DNA of 64,000 nucleotides. Origin: Caecitellus pseudoparvulus. Lineage: Eukaryota; Protista; Bigyra: Bicosoecida. Below are positions 46,386-58,103 of this stretch, one piece after another. The notes under the pieces were generated by a model. The model saw only the letters and a program-made list of their open reading frames with translations, was not told the origin of the DNA and did no database searches. The translations under genes and the position numbers were made by a program. Position 1 is the first letter of the stretch; the number at the start of each line of letters is the position of its first letter. The stretch lies in NCBI GenBank assembly GCA_965644315.1, contig CBFFRQ010000084.1:1-64000 (forward strand), read 5' to 3'.

Positions 46386-46777
46386 GTCTGGTCCGCTGCG
46401 TGGTTTTGCAACGCGGGGTGCCAAGGCCCTGATCAGCAATCTGCGTGAAGGTATTGGCGGTTTTTTTAAAAGTATCCTGGTGGAAAGTCTGCACTTCCCC
46501 ATGCTCGCACACTTTGCGGGGCGCCTGCACCCGCCACTGTTCGCACCTTCCACCTGTGCATACTCCTCACACTCTTACCGGTCGTGGTGGCCGACCTTCT
46601 ACTCCCTCAGAGTAACTGGGCATGTGCATTGGTGTGGGCCCGCTTTTTGTCGCGAAGCTGCTCTGTGCCACCCCCCTTGGGTAGGTGTTGCATTCGCTTC
46701 GCATCAGCCACCACCTCGATGGTTGGCCACTGCAGGTCGCACCGATGAAGACAGGGAAGCAGGCAAGCAGGCCCCTT

Positions 46778-49700
46778 TCAAAGGAATATGACTTCTCCAT
46801 CCTTGATTCGCTTGAAGCCTCGTGGCGGCCGCTTGGAGTCGTGCTCTGGGCGCTGCTCAGGATTCAGGCTGTTCATCATGGCAAACCGCCACGGCTCTTC
46901 TGGCCTGCCGAACATGGAATTCCCCTTGTGCCACTGCTTTCTAGACTCTGCAACGAGATCATACTTACTCTGTGTCTGCTTGCGCCTCCATGCGCGCAGC
47001 TGCACAGAGTCTGCGAAGCTTGGCGGCTCGGCGGCTGTGTGCTGCACCGCACGGCGCACTCCGTACTGCGCCGGGCGAGCAGTCCGGGCCACGCCCAGAA
47101 CAGACGAGACACATTCCAGCTCTTGCGTCGGAAGTGTGCTGTCTGTATCCAGCGTGGAGAGGTCCATGAGTGACAGGGACGCGCCGACTTCGATTGCGCC
47201 CTGTTCGTGCAGAGCGCCGTGTGCTGGGGGCTTATCTGATGCGGACACCACCTCTGCTGGGTTTCCATAGTGCAGGATTGCTTCTTCCCCACTGAGCCTT
47301 GACTTGTGCGCCTTCCGCTCTTTCCGCTCGGGTTTGCCCGGTGTGCTACGCTTCTGTGCCTGCCCTGTGCTGGCCTTCGCAACACCGCCCTGGAAAGCGT
47401 TAGACACTGCCTCCGTTCGCTGGCGGGTCTTGTCCATCTGCACTTGTTCTGCGTATGTTCCCCGTTTCGGAAGCAGGCGCTGGTCCGACAGGAACGTTGC
47501 ATGCGGCTGCCGCTTCGTCTCCAACTCCGCCTTTGACGCGGCGGCGGTGAACTGCTGCAAGCTGTCGGCGCCTGCCTGAGTACCCTTGCGCAAGGCCAAG
47601 GCAGCTGCCCCCCCTGCGGCCCGAAAGGGGGACGCCACTGCACCAGCCGATGCTAGCGTCACGCCGTCCATGTCTTCCTCCTGCTCCGCGCTGCGGATTT
47701 TCACAGTTCCAGCCAGCCGCTCAGCGCGGGACAGCGCCCCAGCGATCGGCTCATCACTGCCCACTTTGGCGCGGTTGTCTGCTCGGAATCGACTTGGGCG
47801 GTTTAAGAGACTTTCAGCTGCCGGACGGCGCACGTACACTTCGCCAGTCGGCGCTGTGAACCGGCTGGCACCCACGTCGTATTCGGTCGCGTCTGTCACA
47901 AAAGCAGCTGCTGCGCGGGCCATGCGCGACTTCATCCCCCTTACTGCCACCTGTGCAATGCTCGCCGAATCTTCGTACTTGCCCTCCCCACTCACGGCAC
48001 TCAGCTTTTCTTCCAATGTCTTTGGTTGAGGGCCGCCCATGGCCGCTTCCCGTGCTTTCTCTCTTCGCGCCTTCCGCTCAGCCGCGCTTGCCGCAAGCCT
48101 AGCAGCCTTTGCAGCCTCCACTTCTTGCCCAATTACACGGGTTCGCTCAAGCAGCTGAGCAGTGTCAGGCTGTGCCTTATCCAACCTGGCAAGGCGCTTC
48201 TGTTTGGCAAGTTGCAGCGCCTGCTCGTGCATATCCCGGCGCACCAGAAGGTCTTCATTGGGAGCAGAGAGCTCTTTTCCCTCATGCCACAGTGTTCGTA
48301 GTCGCTTCTTGTGAGCTGCTGCACCTCGAAGGCCTGAAACGGCTGCCATGGTGCGATCGGGGTGCGCTGTGGCCTCATCAGCACCCCCCGAATCCTCCTG
48401 GATGCCGCTGCGCGTGTTTGTGCGCCGGATGTCAAGGTGTTCCCCCCTGTCCTCGACACTGTCGGCATCTTCATCTTCCGTGTCGCTTGCACCCGGGACT
48501 TCCTCGCCGATGCGCTGCTTCCTGCGACCGCCTCTCCCTTTTGCCGTTTCTGCTACAGGCTTGCGAGCGTAGCCTGCAACGGCCCACGCCTCCAGTTGGG
48601 CCTCGCTTGGGAGTGTCTTCAGGGCGGCGTCATACTCCAACACCCTGACTGCTCCTGTGGGATTGGCATCGCGAGTCATGGCATCGATGCGGAAGCGGTG
48701 CAGCATGTCCTGAACGTCTGCTGATTTGCCCCACATGAGCTCACTGCGGTGCAGCGCAGCAGCTTGCAGAGGAGCATCTGAGCCGCCCTTGCTCGTGATG
48801 TCCACTACACCTGCCTCTGGAACGAAGCCTTCACGAGCCTTTTGCTTTGCTTGAGCTGCCATGTCCTTGGAGTAGCGGTTGGCAGCGTCCAGCGTCATGC
48901 GCCAAGCAGCGGAGAACTCACGAGACGCGTGCTCAGACTTCAGGCGCTCCCAATTGTTCAGGACCCCAACGCAGCCGCGACGGTCTACAAGCCCTTTCGC
49001 AACTTGCTCCTGTGCGACATCGATGGGCAGCCGGCCCGCTGTGTCTCTCAGGCTCGGGTCAGCGCCGCGCTTGAGCAGTTCCATGACCAGCCGATCGTGG
49101 CCGAACTGGGCCGCCATGTGGAGTGGTGCAGCACCAGAGTAAGCTTGGATGTTTGGATCGGCTTTGTACTTGAGCAGCTCAAGCACCAAGTCCTCTGCGA
49201 CTCGAAACTGGAACTTCTTCCGAGGGAGGTTTGGATTGACTGCCAACCACGAGTCCCAGGCCACGTGCAGCGCAACCATTCCACTAGCCGTTTTCAGGTT
49301 GGGATTCGCTCCGTACTTGAGATACATCTGTGTCGGCGCAGTGGACGCATGCCCAGTGAGGTGGCTGGGGTGCGATGCGCGCGGCTCTCGAGCCTCACCT
49401 TGGCAATTGTGAGCAAGCCCTTGCCGCAAGCCAGGATCAATCCCGTGTAGTACAGGGTCGGCTCCACCATGTTCACATTGATTTCACCCTGTAGGAACAT
49501 CTCTTCCAGCTCCAGCACTTTTCGGGCTCGGATGAGCCCAAACACCTTCTTCACCTCGTCAGGCGCGCCCTCCATGACCACAAGAGTGTCTGCTGCATCC
49601 TGCTTGTGGGCATCGTGCTCAATGATGGCCTCGTCCACTTGCATCACAAGGCGCTCAATGCGAGTGGGCAGAGCTATCCGCGACTTTTTCTCATGCACCC

Positions 49701-49992
49701 TCGTTGCCATGTCAACGTGGCGGGCGCGCTGCTCAGCCTTCTCACGGATGGTCTTTGCGGCCGACGCGTTTTGCTCAACGAGGGCTCGCCTGTAGAAGTC
49801 GTCCGCCACGGCACCTCCAGGGATGGGGAACTTGTTCTTGATGCGGAATGCATGGTACTTTCCTGACAAGGTATGCTCGTTGAACGCCCGCATGTCCACA
49901 GTGAAGTTCTGCTCCTTGCCTCCCTCCTGCTTTCCCGACAGCAAGCCCATTGCATCCAGGTACTGCCGCTCAGAACCAGGCAGGGCAGTCAT
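46778..49992 (-). CDS. Ankyrin-repeat and coiled-coil protein (intron 49328-49398)
   Basis: Ankyrin repeats TGLILAC..G, LKYGANPN, LLKYKADPN, GAAPLHMAAQFGH..LLKRGADPS.RD..GRLPID. Confidence 0.85.
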
Positions 49993-50592
49993 GCGGAGCG
50001 TGGAGCCTAGGGCCTCCCGCTTCGCCTCTGTGTGCACCCAGCTGAGGTTTCGAGGAAGCGGGGGGCGGAAATTGCTCTGAGCAGCGCCACCTCCAACCTG
50101 CCCAAGACGCACCCGTTTGCCATGGCTACACAGCGCAAGGTCAGGAATACGAAGCTGCCAATGAAGCTGTTGGCTCGTGCCTTGACTTGCACCCTTCTGT
50201 GCACACGTCTCCCTTGCCTAATCAGGCGGAGTCACACGAAGCGGGCGTGTTGGGAAGCAACGCAAGGAGGCGCCACGCAGCACAACGTTGCCACTGCACG
50301 CAGAGGGCTTAAACTTAGAGAAGCTCACGAGGTTTCATTGTTCTGGCTTCTTTTCACAACTGTGGGGGAGGACTGTCGTGGGCCTTCCGCGGCACGAGGA
50401 TTCGTTGGCATTGCACAAAGCACCGCTGTACACAATCCTTTCCGAGCACATACCACACCCTGGTCAGCCCGCAGTAACTATAACCCACAAGTAACCAGGA
50501 TTCGGCACCCAGCTTGCTGTGGTGGTCGTGGTCAGGGTGCCCGCGATTTCTCTGCGCGTTGACTCGAGACCATTCACACGTCGCCGACTGGC

Positions 50593-53292
50593 ATGGCTGC
50601 TGCAGCGCCGACAGCTCCATCAGGGGCCATGATTCGAGAAGGATGGGTTCTTAAGAAGGCTGTCCGAACACTCTCCAAGAACAGGCACGTCTGCTTCGCG
50701 TGCGGGGTCGCGTCTGAGTGAGGGTGATGTGCTGCACTGCACTTTCTGTGCCCCAGGTGGAAGCGGCGCTGGCTTCAGCTCAGAGAGGAGACTCTCAGCT
50801 ACCACTCAAGCCCAACAAGTGGACCGATTCTCGTGCTGACCCGGGACAAAGCTGCAGGGGCTGAGCAGGTGCAAGAGTTCACGTCCCCCTCCCGAGAACT
50901 GGTCCTCAAGCTGCACACACGGGAGTACCCAGTGTTCATTGCTCCCAAGAGCAAAGCCGACCTAGAAGCGTGGAGCAATGCGTACTGTGGTGTGCTAGCC
51001 TGCAGCGGGGATGGTAGTGCTGTCGCTGATCGCAAGTCAATGCCTAAGCGCCCTTCGGGCTCTGTGCTAGGTGACCTGCCCAGCATCAACATTTCAGACG
51101 TTGTGATGATGGCAAAGCTGAGACTGGCAAGTGTGCACGGCTTCGGGAGGGGCGACTCGGGGCAGCTTGGAGTGGGTACCAAGGTGCTTTCAGGTGCGCC
51201 GAAACCTGCCAAGTGTTCCTCGTTGAAAGGCAAGCTGGCTGTGCAGCACATTTCAGTGGGACTGCAGCACTCTGCTGGGGTGACTATAGGAGGGCAGCTG
51301 CTCACGTGGGGGGCCAACGACTTCTTCCAGCTTGGAGAACCAAGCATTCCCAACACACTTCGGCCACAGCTTGTGTCGAGCCTGCGAAGGGTACAGGTGC
51401 GGTCAGTTGCTTGCGGTGCCCACCACACGCTGCTCTGCACGACTGAAGGACGAGTGTACGCGTGGGGGGAGAACACCTTCATGCAGTGCTCCGCCCTGGA
51501 GGGTACGGAGAATCGGGATGGGTCGGCCATCATTACGGTAGTGAAGAGCCCCACCGCCTTGAGCGCATTTGGACCCAGCAGCCCAGCTCTGGCATCCTGC
51601 GTCTTTGCTGGGCCTGCTGCCTCAGCTGTCGTGGACTCCCACGGAAGGGCATGGGTTTGGGGTTTGAATGAGTCGGGGCAACTTGGCCTGGGGTACCAGG
51701 GTGACGGCAGCGCGAGCGTCCAGCAAGCACTGCAAGATACTGACATGAAACTCGACTTTCGTGACCCTTTATTGCATCTACCGGCCTGTTTCCTCGTGCA
51801 GCAACCGACTGTGGTCAATGCGCCGTCAGTTGCAGGTCGTGCTATAACAAAGGTTGCGCTTGCGTTCAACTTCACTCTGTGGCAAGTCGTGAGTCAAGCA
51901 GAGTACATTCACATGCGCTGGCAAGCGTTTGCGGCGCCCTGGGCTGACAATGTCGGCGCTCCAGTGACTGACCTGACGCCTGAGATCGCCACAGCTCCGC
52001 CCTCCAAAGACCCAGCTGAAGTCGACCAGAGCGCCAGAGATCGCGAGACGCTATCTCCACCCGCCCCTTCATTCGGCTTGGACCCGTTCCGGGGCGCCCG
52101 CAGTGAGACGCAGCTGATGGTGTCTGGTCGGCCTGGCAGGTCGTACTACGTATGGGATGCCTGGCGACAGGTGACGAAGTTCGACACAACCGTACCATAC
52201 CTTGATCCACTCTTCGGCAAGGGGGCCGTGTGTTCAGATATTGCCACGGGCATCTGCCACGGTGCCATTGCCTCCCGAGGACGCATCTTCACCATCGGAC
52301 ATGGGTACCTCGGGCTCATGACTGGCTCTGCCTTGACCGAGCCGCTGCCCAATGCGCCATCTCACTTCGTGAACAGTGCTGAAGAGACGGGGCTGCTTGA
52401 TACAGACCGGGCTCAGGCCGTGGCAGAGTCCTGGTTCGCTGAGGAACCGGAGGAGGACAAGCTGAGGGAGGAAGTGGAGATGGGTGGCTGGCCAGCCGTG
52501 CTGCCGTACAGTGCGGAGCCGGGCTCATCCCAGGCTGCCTTCCACCCCTTGCTCTGCACAACGATGCAACTGGAAGGGGTGGTGCAAGTGGCCTGCGGCG
52601 AGCGGCACACAGTGGGACGCACCCGCGATGGGCGCATGTTCAGCTTTGGCTCGAACAGCGCTGGCCAGTTGGGCCTCGGAACATTCGTGACAGGGCTCTG
52701 CCCGGCAGTCTCGGCTAGTGTGCTCCGAGTGCCAGACATGGTGTACAGCAGCGTTGCAGCGGGAGGCCAGACGACCCTCAGCATAGTCGTCCGTGGCCAC
52801 AGTGTGGTGGAGTCTGCTGACCGGCGCCGCGCAAAGCAAGCCGCTCTCAAGTGGTGGGAGCGCACGCAGCGGCGCCTCAAGGGCTCCAGAGGCCAGCAGC
52901 GGCGCCTGTCCATGTTCGTCTACAGCGAACTGCAGGGCCTGTCCCTGGACGACTTTGCCGGGGGGGGAGCTGCAGCCTCCGAAACAAAGCCAGCCGCATC
53001 TCGCTCAGAGAAATCCCAGGCAAGGAGCCACCTTGCCTTTGGTGGCATCTCGGCTGACCCTGCTGGCACTGACACCGCAACGGAGTCCCTGGACGCGCTG
53101 GTGGGCTCCATGCTGGACAACGCAGGGCTGTTCGTCGCAGAAGAGTCAGAGGCACAGGCGCAAGAGCGGGAGCGCGCGGCAAACCCGAACTATCCATGGG
53201 AATGCCACCACGATGAAGACGGCAACCCATACTTCTACAACGTCGAAACGGAGGAGGCTCAGTGGGAGCCCCCCGCCTCTTGGAACCCTTGA
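50593..53292 (+). CDS. PH domain, RCC1 repeats and C-terminal WW domain protein (intron ending 50756)
   Basis: PH: REGWVLKK..WKRRW..LSYY..EAWSNA. RCC1 repeats: GFGRGDSGQLG, TWGANDFFQLG, VACGAHHT, WGLNESGQLG, FGSNSAGQLG. WW: WECHHDEDGNPYFYNVETEEAQWEPP. Confidence 0.9.
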
Positions 53293-54952
53293 GAACCCAA
53301 GCAGCCCCTCCCCATCGCCGACAGCGCCTCATCGTCCACTTGCTTGGGCGGCAAGGGGGGTCGATCAGCGACGCCCTTGGCTGTCATGGCAGCCGACACA
53401 GGCAAGTGCGAGCGCAAAGGTGGCGGGGGCCAAAAGTATTCCGCATCTGCGCTGTGCCCCTCTTTAACTGAATGCAAGTCTTTTCCAACTCCTTCAGGGA
53501 CCAGCCCTGCAGTGATCATGGCAGCCAGCCCCCTTGCCACGGCAGTTTTGGACTGGCACACCTGGCTTCGCTGTCCAAGAGCAGTCTGCAGCAGTTGCTG
53601 GAAATGCAGCATGGGCGTGTCTTCCCACACGACCACAACATTGGCCAGCATGCCTTCATGGTCTGTCGCACTGGCACTCGCCACGGCGTCAAGGATCGCC
53701 GGCACCAAGGGCGCCTCGGCCCAGCGTTGCCACGCGTCGCCGTCCGCCTCCACAGAACACTCGCCGTGCAGCATGGCTTGCTGAATGGCAGGGACAATGA
53801 ACCCCGGCACCTTCATCTGCTCAGGCTTCAAACTCGGCGAGGCTTCCATCCACTTGCTATGGCCCACGTTCCCACTGGCCAGTCGAGGGTCCAAAGTGAT
53901 GCACCCTTGTGCGTCGCGCCAGATGCAGACGTCCGTGTCACCCTCGACTGCCCCCTGGCCACTCCCAGGCAGAAGGTGAAGGACCCGCCGAGAGAACAGC
54001 TGATGGCTGACGAAAGCCGCAGTCAGGCGCCCTGCATCGCACTCCTCTGCAGGCAGACACAGTGCCAGCTGCATCTCCGCGGTAGTGTGGACTGGCATGC
54101 CTTGGGAGACTTCCTGAGGAGACAGCAGCCCAGGGGGGAGCACAGAGCCGGCCAGAACGCCGTCACGCATGAAGTGGACCACAGCGCTGGGTTTATCCTG
54201 CGCCACATTCAGCCCACCGGCTTGTGCGCCGGAGTGACGCTCGGGCTTGTGTTGCAGAACACCGGAGCACGTGTGGGACGCGGCTGCTTCGGCAGGGTCC
54301 TCCGGGAACAGGCAAGCATGCACAGCGGCCTCGGCGTGCAAACTCCCCCAGGGCAAGGTACGCTCGCCCTGCGTCACGTGGAATCCATGTGCGACAGGGG
54401 AAACGGACGTGCGCCGACAGCCAATGCGCACAAGCACGCCACTGGTGGCGCCCCGGCTCAGCACGCCGGGCAGGGCGGGCGACACAAAAGTGCAGAGCCG
54501 GACCTGTAGAGTCCCGCACGCCGCTGCATGCAGCGCAGCTAGCAGTGCTGTGGGCCGCCACGAGTCCGTGGCTATCACGAGGCCATGAGTGGCAGGCTGC
54601 ACGAGCGCCACTCTGCGCAGGGCCGAGAACGCCGCCATGGAACGCGAGCTTGCAAGAACTTCGATGCGCTTGACACTCACTGTGTGTACAACTCCTGCAG
54701 CCATGTGCTGAAGGACTGCTCGTAGGTCTCTCGGCTCTGGAGGCCGACCACTGCCGTGTCCATAACCCACTGTGAGACCAGCAGCGGGGGCAGATTTCGA
54801 ACGGAGACAACGCTTCCAACGTTCAGGGTGGGGCTTACTGGCGACCTGATGTGTTCAAGGAAGACTGGATCGTCGCTTTTGGTGACAATGCTGCCTACAT
54901 CTGACAAGTGCAGGACGATGGCTTTCTTCAACGGCTTTGGTCCGGCTGCCAT
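53259..54952 (-). CDS. Hypothetical protein (2 introns near the 5' end)
   Basis: From ATG 54952, GTAAGC...CACAG and GTGAGT...CGCAG introns join three frames into one continuous reading. No confident family. Confidence 0.6.
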
Positions 54953-55639
54953 TGCGCAACGCGGGCGAAACGCCAGGCAATGGAAGCGGCACAAGCACGT
55001 TCCAGCACCGAATGAAGGCGTCGAAACCCAGGTGAAGCGATTCAAGACTATAAATTGATGCGCTGGATGCTGGGGATTTTGAAGATCTTCCCTCACGTGC
55101 TGTGGGTTCTGAGTCGGCAGTCGTGGCTGGCTCGGCAACTGCACGCAGAGCAGTCGGCTTCCTTTTCCAGCCACTCTAAAGGTGTCTGAAAACGTCACGG
55201 AGCCGATAGAACAGGAAAGGAGTTGGGATAGCTGTCTGGCACCCAGGGTGTCAGGTTTACGCCCTTTGGTTCCAGGTTTGCGCGAGGGCGCTGCCGTCCA
55301 GGCCAGCCAGCACGCGCTTTGTGAAGCTCCCTGAGGCCAGGCCAAAGAGACGCGTTGAATACCTCACAGACTGCACCAGGAACTAGTCTCTCACAGCTAG
55401 CGAGCAGCATGCCTGGCTGTTTATGCATGCTTCTCACATTGTGCGGGCAACGAGAAACAAGCGCGCGGTCCCGGCAAAACTTGAACGTCAAATATCTGAC
55501 CTCGTTGAGAAAAAGACTTCAGCCTCTAACCACCTGAGATAACCCTGGCACTTTACAGGCCGTGCTCTGCCCCCATCCTTGCCGAGAGCCCCTTCCGCTG
55601 GATTCTTGCGGCGAGTCAATTCTTTCGATTTCCGCAGAT

Positions 55640-56281
55640 ATGTGGGGCGAGCGGTCTCACGTGGCTGCTCAAAAGCACATGTTTGACGTGCCCCACCTGC
55701 CTCACTACCGCAAAGACAGAAGACATACCTGGGCGAGTGTTGCAGAGCAAAGCGGGGCTCCGAAGCCGTTTCGGGGACAGTATCTGCAGTACACGCGGGC
55801 CACCTCCCTGCAGCCCAGCCACCCAATCGACATGTTCGGTGATTTCCAGGCCCGCAGGCACCGCAGGCCTGCGACAGATGCGGCACTCATGCAGACTCTT
55901 ACTGCTGGCTGCAGTGTCGTCGCAGGTGAGGGCTCTAAACAACATGCGCATGGCAGAGGCGTTGCTGCCGAGCACGAAGCGGGACAGGCGGAGTCCCCTC
56001 GATCGGCGAGCGAGCCCACAGCCTTGAAGTCGCCCACGAGAGATCAGCGCCGCCCAAGTGCAGCAGCGTTGGCTGCGATGGCGTATGCGGTGAGGGAATC
56101 GACCAAGCGTGTTGCAGCTGCGCCAAGCGCGTACGGGAGGTTTGGCGCCCCCAAAGTCCCAAAGTCACGCCGCTTGACGCCTGCCTTGCACCACTGCCAA
56201 ACAGTTTACTACGAGAGCACATCCACCATGGGTCTGACATCACCCCAGCGAGTGACGCAGTACACTTTCGGTGCCAAGTGA
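55640..56281 (+). CDS. Hypothetical protein (5' end uncertain; acceptor-like CCGCAG at 55632-55637)
   Basis: Open frame ending 42 nt from the convergent NME7 stop. No motif recognised. Confidence 0.4.
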   Translation: MWGERSHVAAQKHMFDVPHLPHYRKDRRHTWASVAEQSGAPKPFRGQYLQYTRATSLQPSHPIDMFGDFQARRHRRPATDAALMQTLTAGCSVVAGEGSKQHAHGRGVAAEHEAGQAESPRSASEPTALKSPTRDQRRPSAAALAAMAYAVRESTKRVAAAPSAYGRFGAPKVPKSRRLTPALHHCQTVYYESTSTMGLTSPQRVTQYTFGAK

Positions 56282-56323
56282 CAGTTGCAGGGGGTTGTGG
56301 CGCCGGTGGCAACGCAGGACAAT

Positions 56324-57779
56324 TCATTGCTGCTGCAGGACAGAGAAGAAGTACTCGCTTTCACTCGCCCCATCCTCAGGCAAGTCAGTGCAATGCAGTG
56401 CGTTCTTCACCGTGGACACGCCATACTTGGCGCGCAGTGTGTCTGGGCGAATCTGCTTGGCAATGTCAACGTCCCGCGGGCCCACGATGCGCCGCACGCG
56501 CTGCACTGCGTCTCGCCCCCGCACCTCCAGCGCAAGCAGCAGCCCATCGGACAGCTCAGCTGCCATGTCTCCGAATTCAGGCACGACGTGCTTGTACACC
56601 TCCAAAAACTCCTCCGCAGTGACCAGCTCCAGGTCGAACATTTGCAGGGCGGTCAGCGTGAGGGGCCCCGCTGCATCCCCCCCATCGTGCGTCGCAGCCA
56701 AGGCACGGCCCAGGTCCCGCAGCAGAGGCCCTGCCTGCCCCTTGGCCACGGCGTGGGGCAGCACTACCACGCTGGTGACCAGGTCGTCCATGGCCGCCGT
56801 CACCGCCCGGGCACTGGGGGCAGGCAGGGCAGAGGCACCGCCACCGCCACCAGCCGCCGCCGCCGCTGTGGCCTTGAAGCCCGTCACAGTCGTGTCGCCG
56901 AACTTGGGCAGAGCTCCCCCTGCCCGCCCTCTGTACCCGTCTCCGAAGAACGCGTCCAGGCAGCGCTCAGACTCAGCGGCAGAGGCGGCGCCCACGAGCG
57001 CTGCACCGGCATGCGCTGGGAGGGTAGCGGCCACAGTCCCCAGGATGGTGTCCCACTGCTGCACTGCGTCTGGGCCCACCACCTCCAGCGCCACGCTGAG
57101 GCCGTCGCACACGCCGCCAGGCACGACGTCGAACAGTGTTGCGGCGTCTGTGGCGGTCAAGCGAGCGCTGCGGGCGTTGGTGACCTTCAGGCCAGCTTCG
57201 TTGATTGCAGTCCACACGTCTCCCAGGAAGGGCACGGCGCCGGCTGTGAGCAGGGCAAAGGCTCTGCGCAGGGCGAGAGCAGGCCATGTGTGTGGGCAAG
57301 TCGGCGGAGCAGAGCGTGCAGCAACGCACCTCTCGGCGATTTTTCCGAGGGAAGTCCGAGTGAAATCGTTCTCGAAATCCAGCACTGTCATTTGGCGCCC
57401 GAAACTGCACAGCGTTGGCGGGGTGGAGGCACCTTGAGGTGTGCTGTCCGATGCATCATCGCACCATTGCCACGCACATGTTCAGCTTGGCACCGATGAA
57501 GAGGTCGTCCTCCTCAATGGAGGGGTACTTGATGCGCTTCAAGAACGTCTTTCGGTTCTTTGGCTCAAACTGTGCGGGGAAAGGGCCCATGTGGGTGCTG
57601 CTGCGGTGCCTTGGCCCCGGCGCTGGCGCTGAGCTGCGGTAATCGACGCCACTCACCAGCTCGACCTCGCCTTGCCCATCCATGCGCACGAAGTACGTGA
57701 GCTTGAAAAAGCGCTTCACCTCTGAAGCAGGATCCAGCCATTCCACCTTCAACGCGTATGAGTGCTTGATGTTCGCCAT
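56324..57779 (-). CDS. NME7: Nucleoside diphosphate kinase 7 (DM10 plus two NDK domains; 3 introns)
   Basis: DM10: YALKVEWLDP..F.LTYF..VEL/FEPKNRKTFLKR..DLFIG. C-terminal NDK: RRIVGPRD..AKQIRPDTLRAKYG..KNALHCTDLPEDG..E.EYFF. The first NDK domain is degenerate. Confidence 0.92.
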
Positions 57780-58103
57780 GCTCCCTGTGCAGCCAGTGGT
57801 GGTCAGAGTGCTCAACTGCCAACCTGAACCAAACAACAATTCACTCTGAGTTGCTGCTAGGATGGGTGTCGTTGGGAGGGTGTTTTGACTGTGAGCTGGA
57901 GTTGTGCACGTGTAGCACTCTGTTTTGTCCAATTCAAGGGGTGAGCGCCACACAGCAAGGGCCGCGGCGTGACCAGCGCCAAGCCCTGAGCAAGCAACGC
58001 TGTCGTGCTTCACAAAAGCAGCAATTTCACCGCAGACAAACTGCCAAACACAGGCACCGTGTATGGAGCACGTGCATTCCAAGCTGACTCAGCGCCACGT
58101 GCA

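Noticed and set aside
53259-54952. Faint Ku70/Ku80 or vWA resemblance (KKAIVLHLSDVGS)
   Set aside because: Only a few residues match and no Ku core motif is convincing. Left as hypothetical.
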